From NCBI RefSeq assembly GCF_009914755.1, contig NC_060928.1: DNA of 64,000 nucleotides. One strand, given 5' to 3'. This DNA is from the human T2T-CHM13v2.0 reference genome, Homo sapiens. Shown here piece after piece: positions 1 to 11,829 of the stretch. Both the position numbers and the translations under genes were made by a program. Under the pieces are notes generated by a model that saw nothing but the letters and a program-made list of their open reading frames with translations, was not told the origin of the DNA and made no database searches. Positions within the stretch are counted from its first letter, which is position 1. The number at the start of each line of letters is the position of its first letter.

Positions 1-937
1 AACTCTGTTATTAAAACTTCTTCTGCAAGATATTGAGGTTTGGGAAAATCCTTAACAGTGTAGTGCAGAGAGGGGACAGAGGCATCCCTCCACTTTCCAT
101 GGGTCACTGGGTAGCTTTGGAGCCTTCAGCATACATGTGGCAGTGGCAGCAGTAAGAGACAAAGGAGAAGCTAGCTGCCATGAGCAGGGAATCAGCAGTG
201 TCTCAAAGACAGCACTCTTAGTGGTGGCAGCAGAGTCCAGCAGCACCGAGGTCCCCCAGCAGGCACAGAGAACCAGCAGCCATGTTCAGCAGAGAGTGGT
301 GCTCAGAGAATGCTGTGTGGTTCTCTTGAACATTTATGAAAGGCTTCCCAGAAACACACTAGATAAAGAGGGAGAATTCTTTCTATGGAGCTTAAACCTG
401 ACATTAGTAGGCTCCGCCAAGAGCCCAAGAAGTTTTGATACATAATGTGACGGTTACCCCATTTCAAATCCCAGTTAGTGTAGCCCACAGAGCAAGCAGT
501 CTCTATGAAATGAGAATGGGAGTACACTGGTAAGTTCTGAAGGGCAACCTCTCACAATACATCAGGTTCTCAGTCTCTTTTGGTCACAAACACAAAGGTT
601 CATACTAGCCCATAGAAATAAAAAATGATTCTAGTAGGAAAAACATCAAAACTAATTCAAATCATGACCTGAATGGTCAAAGGGAAATATTTTTCACATC
701 TATTACATACTTATACTAGAAATTAAGAGGAATGGCTGCCTGTCCTACAGAAATTATCCACCCAGTGTATCGGTGTTATCCCAGTGGATCTACCAGAAAG
801 AGCCCCACTCTTCTGGTCAAAGCAGTGCAGTTGGCTGATCCAATCTTCTCCCCTTGCTGAAGCAATTGGTATGAGAATCAAATTAGCATTCTTTCCTAGA
901 TTTATATTAAACAGGAGCTAAGAGAGATTCTTCTTAT

Positions 938-983
938 TTGTGTGTGTGTGTGTGATGTTTTGTTTTGTTTTGTTTTGTTTTTT
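938..983. repeat. (TG)n followed by (TTTTG)n microsatellite
   Basis: Short TG run followed directly by several TTTTG units. Confidence 0.85.
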
Positions 984-989
984 GAAGTA

Positions 990-1245
990 AATACCCATGC
1001 CACCAGGAGAAAGTTCATCTTCAGTAGGAATAAATGAAGTTGACACAGAAAAAGGCAAAGAGGAAAGATGGAGAGGGAGAGTGTGCAATGATGTTCAAGA
1101 ACCTAGTTTCCATATCTCCGGTCCTTAGAGCCATTGTGTTCCTATTGCAATACCTTTGACTGCATGAGCTACTCTCAATTTCTGAATAAATTCCCTAGTT
1201 TGAGTTGGGCTTTTGTCATTTGTAACCAAAAGAATGCATGACTGA
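990..1245 (+). mobile_element. Old MaLR LTR 3' part (MLT1J/K-like)
   Basis: Ends ...aataaattccctagtttgagttgggcttttgtcatttgtaaccaaaagaatgcatgactga, resembling the old MLT1 3' terminus with poly(A) signal. Boundaries approximate. Confidence 0.5.
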
Positions 1246-1248
1246 AGT

Positions 1249-1660
1249 ATCAGTTAAGATGTTTTCAGCTACAATTAAGAAAACCCTACTAATAAAAATT
1301 AAACTTTAAGCATATTTATTGTTAACAAATCTAGAGGTAGTCCTATATTCAAAATTACCATCAAGTTTCTTTTTTTTTTTTCTGTTCCGTCACTCTAAGA
1401 ATACAGGATTTTGCCTCAAGCTTGTAGCCTCAAGGTCACAACATGGCTGCCACACCACTAACCATCATATCTTCATATCACAGCATCCAAAGCAGGAAAG
1501 AAAGAAGACGACAAATGAGCTCTGTCATTCAAAAGAGAAAAATATATATATTTCCCAGAAGATCCCCATAAAATTCCCTTTTACATCTCACTGGCTAAAA
1601 CTGGATTATATAAACTGATGACCAACGAAGGGAAAAGGGAAAGCCCTGATTAGCTTATGC
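1249..1660 (-). mobile_element. Old LTR (MLT1K/L- or LTR33-like)
   Basis: Motifs tcagttaagatgttttcagctacaa, ggtcacaacatggctgcc, tttcccagaag and atctcactggctaaaactgg resemble the reverse strand of these old LTRs. Confidence 0.5.
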
Positions 1661-1811
1661 CTCACAATTTACCCTCCTGGCTAGATACTTTGCTAACAGC
1701 ATCCTGTTATTGATTTTTACTGGAGTGAGTAGCCATCAGTCTCTATCCCAACTATATAGAGATTTGAGGTTTAAGAACTATAACTGTGATCACATTCCAA
1801 ACTAAATTATT

Positions 1812-1876
1812 TTATTTTTTAGATTCTGGGGTACATGTGTAGGTTCGTTACAAGGGCATATTGCATGATGCTGAGT
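1812..1876 (-). mobile_element. Very short L1PA15/16-like 3' end
   Basis: T-rich tail then agattctggggtacatgtgtaggttcgttacaagggcatattgcatgatgctgag, an L1 3' terminal sequence. Confidence 0.75.
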
Positions 1877-1891
1877 TCAACATGAATTCTT

Positions 1892-2313
1892 TTTTTAAAA
1901 AATTTTCAATTTTTTGTAGATTTAGGGGGTACATGTGCAGGATTGTTACATAGATATATTCTGTGATGTTGACGTTTGGGATACAAATGACCCCATCACC
2001 CAAGTATTGATCATGGTACTCAACAGTTTTTCTGGCCTTTCCTCCCTCCCTCTCTCCCTACTTTTGGAGTCCCTAGTATCTATTGTTCCTATCTTTGCGT
2101 CCATGTGTATCTAATGTTTAGCACCCACTTACAAGTGAGAACATGCAGTACTTGGTTTTCTGTTACTGCATTAATTCACTAAGAATAATGTCCTCCAGCC
2201 GCATCCATGTTGCTGCAAATGACATGATTTTGTTCTTTTTTATGATGGGATAGCATTCCATGGTATATATGTACCATATTTTCTTTATCCAGTCCACTGT
2301 TGATGGGCACCTA
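1892..2313 (-). mobile_element. 5'-truncated L1PA15/16-like 3' end
   Basis: gggggtacatgtgcagg...gaccccatcacccaagt...agtgagaacatgcagta. TSD tcaacatgaattctt (1877-1891) / tcagcctgaattctt (2314-2328). Confidence 0.9.
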
Positions 2314-2344
2314 TCAGCCTGAATTCTTATATGATGATGTCAAT

Positions 2345-2636
2345 AATGATGGCAATAATAATTAATAGTTCTAAATCTGGGCCAGGCCTGTTCAAAGCAT
2401 TTACTTAATTCTTAAAACAATTCACTGAAATTTCACAACATCCAATGAGGTAGGCATTATTACTATTATCATTTTTATTATTATTATATTACCATCATAT
2501 TAGACATGAGATAAATGAGGCATCTTGGAGCTAAGTAACTCATGCAAAGCCACTTGGCTAAGAAAGTATGGTGTTGAGATCTAAACTTTGGAAGATTGAC
2601 CTGGAGACAAAGATCTGCTACACTATATTATATGAC
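2345..2636 (-). mobile_element. MIR SINE
   Basis: Degenerate core tcacaacatccaatgaggtagg...tagacatgagataaatgaggc...aagtaact. Confidence 0.65.
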
Positions 2637-3995
2637 ATTCTTCTCTCTCCAAAATCAAATGAGATAATAGTATTATGAAGATATGAATTTTATGCACAGG
2701 AAACATATTGTAAAAGTATTATTTGTCCACAGACTGACCTTGAAATTATAGCTACCATATTTCCAAAAAGAATACATTAATTCCAAAATGTAGATCATTC
2801 CCATTAACCTCCTTTCTGTTTCTTTCCTTGCACACAAATGACTGGGTATAGGATTAGAAAATCCTCTGCACAGGGAAACACAGAACAATTCAATTAATAA
2901 TTTCAATTTCATTTGGCATTAAAGGTGTTTTAAAAATAGATGTCTTTATCTCAACGAAAGCAAGACCATTAAATGAAAAGAAGTCCCTCTGAAGATTGAG
3001 AGCTCAATGACACTAAATTAGTCAATGGATTTAAAATTACAAAGACTTAAAGCCCCCCAGGAAAGATTTTATAGTGTCTTTTATCAGGTGACTTTGGATA
3101 TTAGGCCTTGGGAGAAAGAAAAAATCCATTCTGAAGAAGCATGAAAAGCTGAAATAAAAAAAAAAAAGTACTCTTGCAACTGTAAAAAAGGCAAATGACA
3201 TTGAACAGCCTAATATCATTTTCCAATCAGAGTGCATTAAAAGCAGAGGAAACAAAGTAAATTTAGATTAAGACAATCCTAAAAGTTAAGTAAACAAAAC
3301 TTATTAGAATTTAGGAAATTTAACTTTTTGTTCTTATTCTTAATGATGTGAACTCCAAGTCATACAGGCAAAATTTTTCAAAACAAGTATAATCCTTGTC
3401 TCAACAGTTTCTCTTTAATAAACTTTCTGGTCGAATGTCATCCAATTGTTTTCAAATGGTGATTAGCTTATCCTCCACTGTGTAAACAGTGACCAAGCTG
3501 TTGCCTCTACAGCAGCTGCCATTTCATACCTGAAGGGGCAAAGGATATGACTGCCTGCTGGATTGGCATAATAACTGGGGGAACATAAAAATGAAAATGT
3601 CCTTGAAATCTCCAACAGATGACGTTAGTAATTTCTACTTAGCCACAAAGATGAATTTTCCCTCCATCTCTAATAGAAAATAAGAGAACAGGATTATCAG
3701 TATAATCCTAAACATTAAACAAAATAAATTGCAAACCTGAAGTTAAACAACCAATGTTACTCAAATGACACATATACAATAAATAATTCAGTCTAGTTCA
3801 GTTATTGGAGAATTAAGTGGAGAAAAAAAGAAGTTTGCTTGGGAAACCAACTTACTCATTCAGACGAAGCACCTCCATTTGTCCAAGCACTGGACTAGGG
3901 ATCAGGAATCAAAATGAGGTAGAGCCAGATCTTGCCACCTAAGTAATCATAGAATCCACCAAACACCAAGAAACCAGAACCCCATTGCCCCCTAA

Positions 3996-4493
<498 letters not shown>

Positions 4494-4743
4494 TGATCCT
4501 TCTGTCTAATGCACAGGTTCTACTCAACACTAAAAGATGCAGATGTTAAATTATCTCACCAGTCACCTGGATGTCAAGGTGATAGTCCACCTATTAGCTG
4601 GTAGTTTCTGTTATCTAGAGGGAGCCAGATGCTTGACATCTGATTACTAAAATATTCTAATGACTACCAGCTAACCAGCTCTTAATAGTCATCTCAAAAT
4701 TTTGGTTTAATGTAGAAACTAAATGTCAAGGAATTCTTTTTCA

Positions 4744-5107
4744 GAATGAGTTCCTGTCCTTTGCAGGGACATGGATGAAGCTGGAATCCATCATTCCCAG
4801 CAAACTGACTCAGGAACAGAAAACCAAACAGCACATAGTCTCACTCATAAGTGGAAGTTGAACAATGAGAACACATGGACACAGGGAGGGGAACATCACA
4901 CTGGGACCGGTGTGATGGGGACAAGGAGAGGGAGAGCATTAGGATGAATACCTAATGCATGCAGGGCTTAAAACCTAGATGACAGGTTGATAGGAGTAGC
5001 AAACCACCATGGCACATGTATACCTATGTAACAAACCTGCATGTTCTGCAGATGTATTCCAGAACTTAAAGTAAAATAAAAAATAAATAAATAATTTAAT
5101 TTTTAAA
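4744..5107 (+). mobile_element. 5'-truncated L1PA8-like 3' end
   Basis: L1 3'UTR (gggcttaaaacctagatgac...aaaccaccatggcac) with A-rich tail. TSD aaggaattcttt (4728-4739) / aagaaattcttt (5108-5119). Confidence 0.93.
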
Positions 5108-5299
5108 AAGAAATTCTTTAACTCAAATCTTTCATGCTTTAACTTGGTCACTTTCTCCTTATTTTGTTGTGAAACAGAAAGAATAATGGTTATAATTTTC
5201 TATCTCTTAGTTTTAAGAAAAAACAGAGGTCCTATTGATTAATATTGGTAATGTATTAATGTAGGATCACTGGAAACTCTACTACATTATTGAGATTAT

Positions 5300-6205
5300 T
5301 AATCTATTTACTATTCAACAATTCCTCAGTGTCAATATAAACCATATGCTATGCTACATCCTGGAGATATAATGGTGAGGCACAGTCTTAGTCTCTTGAA
5401 ATTTTTAGCCCTGTGAGAAAGCCAGAAAAATAATTGCACAGACATATACAGAACTATGACAAATGATTTAAGCAGAAGGTACCCAGAATTATGAAAGCCT
5501 AATGTAACAGAATATGGCCTTTTAGAAAGAGTCAGAGAAGACTTCCATAGGTAAGTGATCTTCAAGCTAAAAACGAAGAAAAATTGGGAGAAAAGAAAAA
5601 ATTGTCCCCAAAATAAGAGCATATGAAAAGGCCCTGTGGCAAGACAAAGCATATTAAATAACAGTTTTCAAAATATAGTCAGAACCCCTATGAAAATAGT
5701 CGAAAGCAGAGTCATAATAATATATGATGTTGCTTTCACTTTTCACTATGATTCTCTTATAGGCATACTGTAGAGTTTGCCAGGGGCAACATGAAATGTG
5801 ATACTGCAACAAATTAAATACGAGAGCAGATATGAGAATCCAGCTGTGTTTTATTAAGCCAGACATTAAAGAAGTTTGCAGAAATGTAAAACAGAGCTAT
5901 TCTTTTTACTAATTTTCTTATGCAGGAATATATAGTTTATTCTTATTATTATTATTGGTCTCTTAATACGTAATAACCCAATAATGTTATTCTTAATAGA
6001 TTAATAAATGAACACTTTTTGAAGTTTTAAATTTTCATTTCCAATTATGGTAAGCAACAATAGATACAACACACAAGAACAAAAGCTCATTGGCATCCTC
6101 GATAATGAAGAAAAGAAGCCCTAAAACCAAAAAGTTGGAAACCTACTGATAGGAGGAAATTAAAAATGAACGGCGTGACTGAAACAGAGAGTAAGGGAGA
6201 AGATG
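5300..6205 (-). mobile_element. L2 3' fragment interrupted by a hAT element
   Basis: attcaacaa...ctggagatataatggtgagg...gtcagagaagacttcc...aaaggccctgtggcaag. L2-like sequence resumes at ~6150. Confidence 0.6.
5662..6148. mobile_element. hAT-Charlie non-autonomous DNA transposon (Charlie1/MER119-like)
   Basis: Diagnostic agcagatatgagaatccagctgtgttttattaagccagacattaaaga. Termini cagttttcaaaa ... tttgaaacctactg resemble Charlie TIRs. Confidence 0.75.
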
Positions 6206-6325
6206 TTCATCAGGGTATTGCTTCCCCTTTCTCTGATCCCTCACACCAACATTCTGCCTATTTCCTTTCAACTGAAAGAAAATAATTCACCAAGTCTGTC
6301 ACAAATACATATACATACCTGCGCA

Positions 6326-6351
6326 TGTGTCTGTGTGCATGTGTGTGGTGT

Positions 6352-6392
<41 letters not shown>
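6326..6392. repeat. (TG)n microsatellite
   Basis: Imperfect TG from 6326 and pure TG at 6357-6392. Confidence 0.97.
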
Positions 6393-6395
<3 letters not shown>

Positions 6396-6432
6396 TAAGG
6401 AAAATGAGCAGTAGCTCTTTGGTTCTTAAAAT

Positions 6433-6700
6433 CAGGGCCAGTCATATACTTTGCAGGGCTCAGTGCAAAACTGAAAATGTGGAGTTTCTTATTTAGAAAG
6501 CAGGGGTGGGAGGAAATGCTGTTAAAGATACTGAAATGTAATATTTTTCCTTTCTTTAATGATCCCTTTCTCTCTCATCTGGTGCTTGTTATTTGTATTT
6601 AACATCATTCTATGTAAGGAAAATTAGAATTTTTAATATTATAATAATGTTTACTATTCATTTTATACAGTACAATGCTAATTTTAAATGCAAATATAAA
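6433..6700. mobile_element. MER45-family hAT-Tip100 fragment
   Basis: Starts cagggccagtcatatactttgcagggctcagtgcaaaactgaaaatg, matching the MER45 terminus. Confidence 0.7.
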
Positions 6701-8265
6701 TTCAATAAGAAATATCTATTTTTAAAGCTTTATAATTGATTTTGATGATTGTTGTGGTTAAGAAACACTGAGAAATTCCATTGTTTCAAAGTGTCATAAA
6801 ACCAATAATCAAAAGTAAGAAAGAGGCCAAGATAGATATCTCTGAGAAGCATTTATAATAGCCACCCAAAATATTTAGTGAATCCAAAATAAGCCACATA
6901 CGATTTGGCATGCTGAGGTCCAGATATTTCTTTCTGCATAAGAAATTGATTACTGAGGGTAAGAGGTGGTTTGAAAAGTTAACAAAGATATAAGAGAAAC
7001 AAAAAACTAAACCGAAGACTCAGAGAATGAGCAAAGCTCTAAACCTAACTTAGTTAAGGAAGTAAGAGAAAATTTTGGAAAACATTATGATATCTTCAGG
7101 AGCTTGAAATAAAATGTGACCATCAAGGCCAAGGAGTCTAAGAAAAATAAAACAATAAAATGAAAGAACAGTTAGATGAAACACAAAGATAACAAAGTAA
7201 GATTTAAAGGAATATCAAAGAAAGGTTTCAAAGGAAACCAAAGTTATAATAGCTGAATACAAAATTTGCATAACATTTTTTAAAGAGCATTACTGATCAT
7301 GAAGAAATAAAATAAAAACGATATACATTTGATGTAGAGAGAGAATTAAAATCAACCCAACAATTATGAGTACTTTCAAGAAATTTGGAATCAAAGTAGC
7401 AACCAAGACATAATTGAAAAAATAAGGTGAACTAAGAAAAATAATTAAAAGAGATCATTGTTTAGAACTATTCAGCTAAGATTTTTCGTAATTTGCATTA
7501 TCAAGAGGAGAAAATCTCTTGTAAGATTATAAAGGTAGAAAAAACTAAGCAGATTAACCACTAAGGAATTAAAACCAGATGGATTCTGTCTCCAAAATTA
7601 TATAGCAGAAAAATAATGAAACAATATACATAAAATTTTCAGGGATATAGGCCCAGTAAAAATATCATTCACTTCTGAAAACAACCAAAAGACATCCTCA
7701 GGTATACAAGAACTCAAATATAACATCTTTGTACCTTTCTTGAAACTATCTTGTGCAACATACTAAAGATATCAAATGTTAATCAAAATTGAGTTAAAAA
7801 ATGAAAAAGTCAGGTTATATAAATGCAAATGGTGTATCCCGAGAATAGTTTAGCAAAGTTAAATTTAAATAATTGTTGTTAGTTGGAGTAAAAAGTTGAA
7901 TGCAAACATCAAAAATAATCATTGTAAAAGGAAATACAAAAGGTAGTATATATTTAGTTAAGAATGGTTATCTGAGTTGCAAACCTCAGATTGTATTAAT
8001 ATTAACGAGAACTATGGCTTTTAATTACAGGAGAAGATAAAAGTAAAGAAAGCAGTCACATTTTATAGGACAAAGAAAGCACAAAATGAGATGGAGTTAA
8101 GACAAAATATTTGAGTGTAGAACAAAAAGCTTAAATTCCTCTATTAATATAAATAGTATCAAATTAAATTGAGACACAATGTAAATATATGCTGCTTTCA
8201 AGAGACCTACCTAAAATAAAGTGGCATTAAGATGTTTTTAAAAGATAGGCAGAGATTTATCAAAC

Positions 8266-9040
8266 TGAAAACAGACTGCCTGCAACCGCGGATCTAATAG
8301 AATAAAGAACTGATTGTCTACATTAACACATTTTTACTATTCCAATAAATTCTTGCCTAGGAAAATAAAGTTTCAAATAACGTAACCGTTTGTTTCATGA
8401 AGTGCTTAAAAATTCATTTACCATTTCTGCTCGTCTCCTTCCTTCCATTTGTAACCCTCAAGTAGACCCCAGTGTCTGTTTTTACCTTTGTGTTCATGAG
8501 TTCTCATCATTTAGCTCAGAAAATATAATTATTGGGTACTGGGTTTCATACCTGGGTGATGAAATAATCTGTACAACAAAATCCCCTGACACAAGTTCAC
8601 CTATGTAACAAACCTTCACACGTACCCCTGAACCTAAAATAAAAGTTCAAAAAGTAAATAAATAAAAATCAAAATCAATTTATCTGAAAAAGAAACTGTT
8701 CAACTTGCCTCCTCCTCAGGCATTAGGGAGAAATAGCCTCTTTCTGAAGAAAATAGATTTCTTAAATGGGCAAACTTCTCCATTATCAAACAAATGTTCA
8801 TTTATCAAGACCCACATTAAAACCCTCATTTTTCTGTGCCCACCAATTATAATTAATATCAAAAACTTTGCACAATTCTTCTCAGATCCCTGCATTTAAA
8901 AATTTGCTTTAAACCAAACCCCAAAACTCCCTAAATATCCACCCATAAGTGATATTCTCCCTTACTGTAGTGGGTAATAAACTTATATTTGCCTAAACTA
9001 TGTGTTTTGGGGTGAGTTTTTTTTTAATTGGCAATCAACA
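8266..9040 (+). mobile_element. ERV1 solo LTR (MER67-like)
   Basis: TG...CA ends, aataaa near the 3' end, and flanks aaac/aaat consistent with a 4-bp TSD. Interrupts the L1M. Confidence 0.55.
8424..8670 (+). mobile_element. Short L1PA12/13-like 3' end with 5' inversion
   Basis: 8424-8517 is antisense L1 3'UTR and 8517-8670 is sense with an A tail. TSD aaaattcatttacc (8409-8422) / aaaatcaatttatc (8671-8684). Confidence 0.85.
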
Positions 9041-9847
9041 AAATAATCTCAAAAAAGTTAACATTTGTTTTTGAATAAACTAAACAATGATTTAAAAAAC
9101 TAGCTGGGTGTTACTTTCTGTTGATCAAGAGATATAATCCATAACAAAGATACAACAGTCATAAACCTTTAAGTGCTAAATAACATAGTGTCAAATATGA
9201 ATAAATTTCAAACTGTTAAAAGTATGGGAAGAAATTGATGGATACAGAACCATAAAGGGAGAACTTAACTTTTTGCAGATCAAGTAGTCAAAAAAAGGAA
9301 GACAAATAGACAAATGCAAATAAAAAGAAAAAATAAGAATGATAATGTCAGACAAACTTAACTTTGAGGAAAAACGCAAAAACGTATCATTTTTGATAAG
9401 ATTAGAATAATTCAACTAGTAATCTTAAATTCATAACTATAGATTAAATTCAGTAGCCTACAAAAAAATGCCTTTCCATGTGTATATAGAACACCGAATT
9501 TTTAAAAAATGATAATATATTAAACACTGATTTTTTATAATGATAATATATCCATAATATAGTTATATAGTAATCTCCATAATAGAGAAATTTAAAATTC
9601 CTTAAGCAAATGCTTTCGAAGCCATAGTTGCTAATCACAGTGCCATAGAACAGGGAATTAATAATTTGTTTTAACTAATCAAAATGAAAATGTAAATCAT
9701 GTACTTACATAGTTATTGGCTTAAAGAGAGAATTAAAACAATTATATCTCATGTACAAAAAATTAGAGAACTATTTACCAAAGATATGAGCCATAGCCAA
9801 AGCTACTTTCATCCTAATAATAGTTTTCTATTTTCGAAGAATGAAGT

Positions 9848-10199
9848 TGCTATGGTTTGAATGTGCTCCCCAAAAAGCTTATGTTGGAAATTTAATCTCC
9901 AATGCAACAGTATCGTGAGGTGGGGCCCAATGGGAGGTGTTTAGATCATAAGGGATTCACTCTTATGAATGAATGGATGACAATTATAAAAGGGTTGAGG
10001 TTGCAAGTTAGATCTTTTGCTCTCTCATACGGTCTTGTCCTTCCACCTCTACTATGGAGTAACACAGCAAGAGGCTCTGACCAGATGATAGCATCTTGGA
10101 GACTTTTCAGCCTCCAGAACTGTGAGAAATAAATTTCTTTTCTTTATACATTACTCATTTGGCAATTTTCTATTATAGAAGCACAAAATGGACTAAGAA
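9848..10199 (+). mobile_element. MaLR LTR (MSTC/D-like)
   Basis: tgctatggtttgaatgtg...cagcctccagaactgtgagaaataaatttc...aaaatggactaaga. Confidence 0.88.
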
Positions 10200-10202
10200 A
10201 GG

Positions 10203-10340
10203 TTCTAAACACATTGTATGCATTTTCTCATTTAGTTTTAACATCTCTTTAAGGGAGGTATCATTATGATTTTTATACATACAGAGACTGAGGCTTAGAA
10301 AGCATAAGCTAGTAAAATAATATTAAATTTAAATTCAGGA
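10203..10340 (-). mobile_element. MIR fragment
   Basis: cattttctcatttag...ggaggtatcattat...agactgaggcttaga. Confidence 0.5.
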
Positions 10341-10554
10341 TTCTATTAAAAGATCACATAACTCAAAGTAAAGATAAATACACACACACACATAAAATTG
10401 TTGTGAAAAATGCAGAAAACACGAATTTAATAAAATGCAATATGCATTCCTGGTTTTTAAAACTTAAAGCAACTTCATGAACTAGAATAGCACTTTTGTT
10501 AGCATTATTAGAATAGATTACCTATTTAAAGCCAAGAACATTATACTTAAAATT

Positions 10555-10909
10555 TTTTACAAATTGAATGTTTATGTTGTGCAAAATTTATATATTGAAA
10601 TCCTAGTGCCCAGTGTGATAGTATTTGGAGGTGAGACCTTTGGGAGTTGATTAGCTCATGGGCATAAAGCTCTCGTCAATAGAAGTAGTGCCCTTATAAA
10701 AGAGACCACAGAGAGCTCCCTTGACCCTTCCACCATGAAAGGACACAGAAAAATGATGGTCCTCATCTTTTTGAGGGGTCCTCATCAGACATTTAATCTG
10801 TTGACATCTTGATTTTCTCAGCCTCCAAACTGTGAAAGATAAATTTCTGTTGTTGATAAACCACCCAACCTATGGTAGTTTTTTATAACAACCCAAATGA
10901 ACTAAGACA
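10555..10909 (+). mobile_element. MaLR LTR (MLT1A-like)
   Basis: gtatttggaggtgagacctttgggag...agtgcccttataaaagagacc...aactaagaca. Confidence 0.88.
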
Positions 10910-11736
10910 AAAGTGAAACCCAAGATAAATATTTCCCAAAATTTATTTCATAAAAGGCTTTTATGAAAATTATCAAGGATTCAGCACTCACGTAAGTTTG
11001 AAAACTTGTAATGCTATAAACCCTTCTTCTGCATGTCACAATATATATGAGCACATGTAAGGCCCTGAAGTTCCTTCAGTTAAAGAAAAACTTTATTTAA
11101 CCTTGTGTTTCTCCAACTTTCTTCACCACAAAACACTTGTCACACATTTCATCTATTAATATTCTCTCCTGGGCACTTTAGAACAGGCATTGCTATTAAA
11201 GTAGGAAGCCAAACAAGGATACTTATAATCATCACTTATGTTTGGACAAACAGTCCAAAGCATAAAGGCAGAAAGTTTTTCCAAAAAAAAAAAAAAATCA
11301 GAATCAAAAATACAAATAGTCTATAAAAATGCTGATAAAACCAATGTTAAGCACATCTGAGGCTCAACTGAAACCGGTTCAACTGATCTCTTATTCTAAG
11401 CTCATTTGGTATGCAAAAGTGAGAACAGAGAATTATATTACCAGAAAAGAGAAGTTAATTACAAATAATGGAAGAAAAAAAAAGGTGACACAAATAATCA
11501 AGAACTAATCTAAGTAGAAAAACAAGGCAAAGTAAGTCAGCTAAAAAAAGAGCTAATATCTAAGGGAAGAACAAATCAACATTAGTCTAATTATTTGAAA
11601 TTTCAAAAAATATATAAAAACATAATACCTGTAAAGACAAAAACCAAAAGATGTGCTAAATCTGATGCCTCTATGTTATGATGCCAATATGTTTCTATTG
11701 TCATTAATTTTGTATTGTTTCTTTCTCTATTGCCAG

Positions 11737-11829
11737 GTGGATTTCTGTTGGTACTCCAACTGTAGAAATATGCCATTGATTCCGTTTCTCTAAATCAGTG
11801 TAATAATTAGAGGCAGAGACTGTCAATCG
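11737..11829 (+). other. Candidate non-coding exon (93 nt)
   Basis: Acceptor ttgtttctttctctattgccag| with upstream cattaat branch-like motif, and donor TCG|GTAAGT. Stops in all three frames. Confidence 0.35.

Larger units (their letters stand above)
7000..9840 (+). mobile_element. Ancient decayed L1M (ORF1 end to ORF2 endonuclease region), interrupted
   Basis: Very A-rich + strand. atatgctgctttcaagagacctacctaaaa (~8187-8216) reads ICCFQETYLK, like the L1 endonuclease ICCLQETHL motif. Limits are approximate. Confidence 0.6.

Noticed and set aside
52-527. Overlapping ORFs of 64-102 aa and a CTG|GTAAGT donor at 530
   Set aside because: No recognisable protein. The sequence may be an old LTR that I cannot assign, and no acceptor or promoter is evident.
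10925-11180. Possible hAT (MER113-like) remnant
   Set aside because: Too degenerate to assign by eye.
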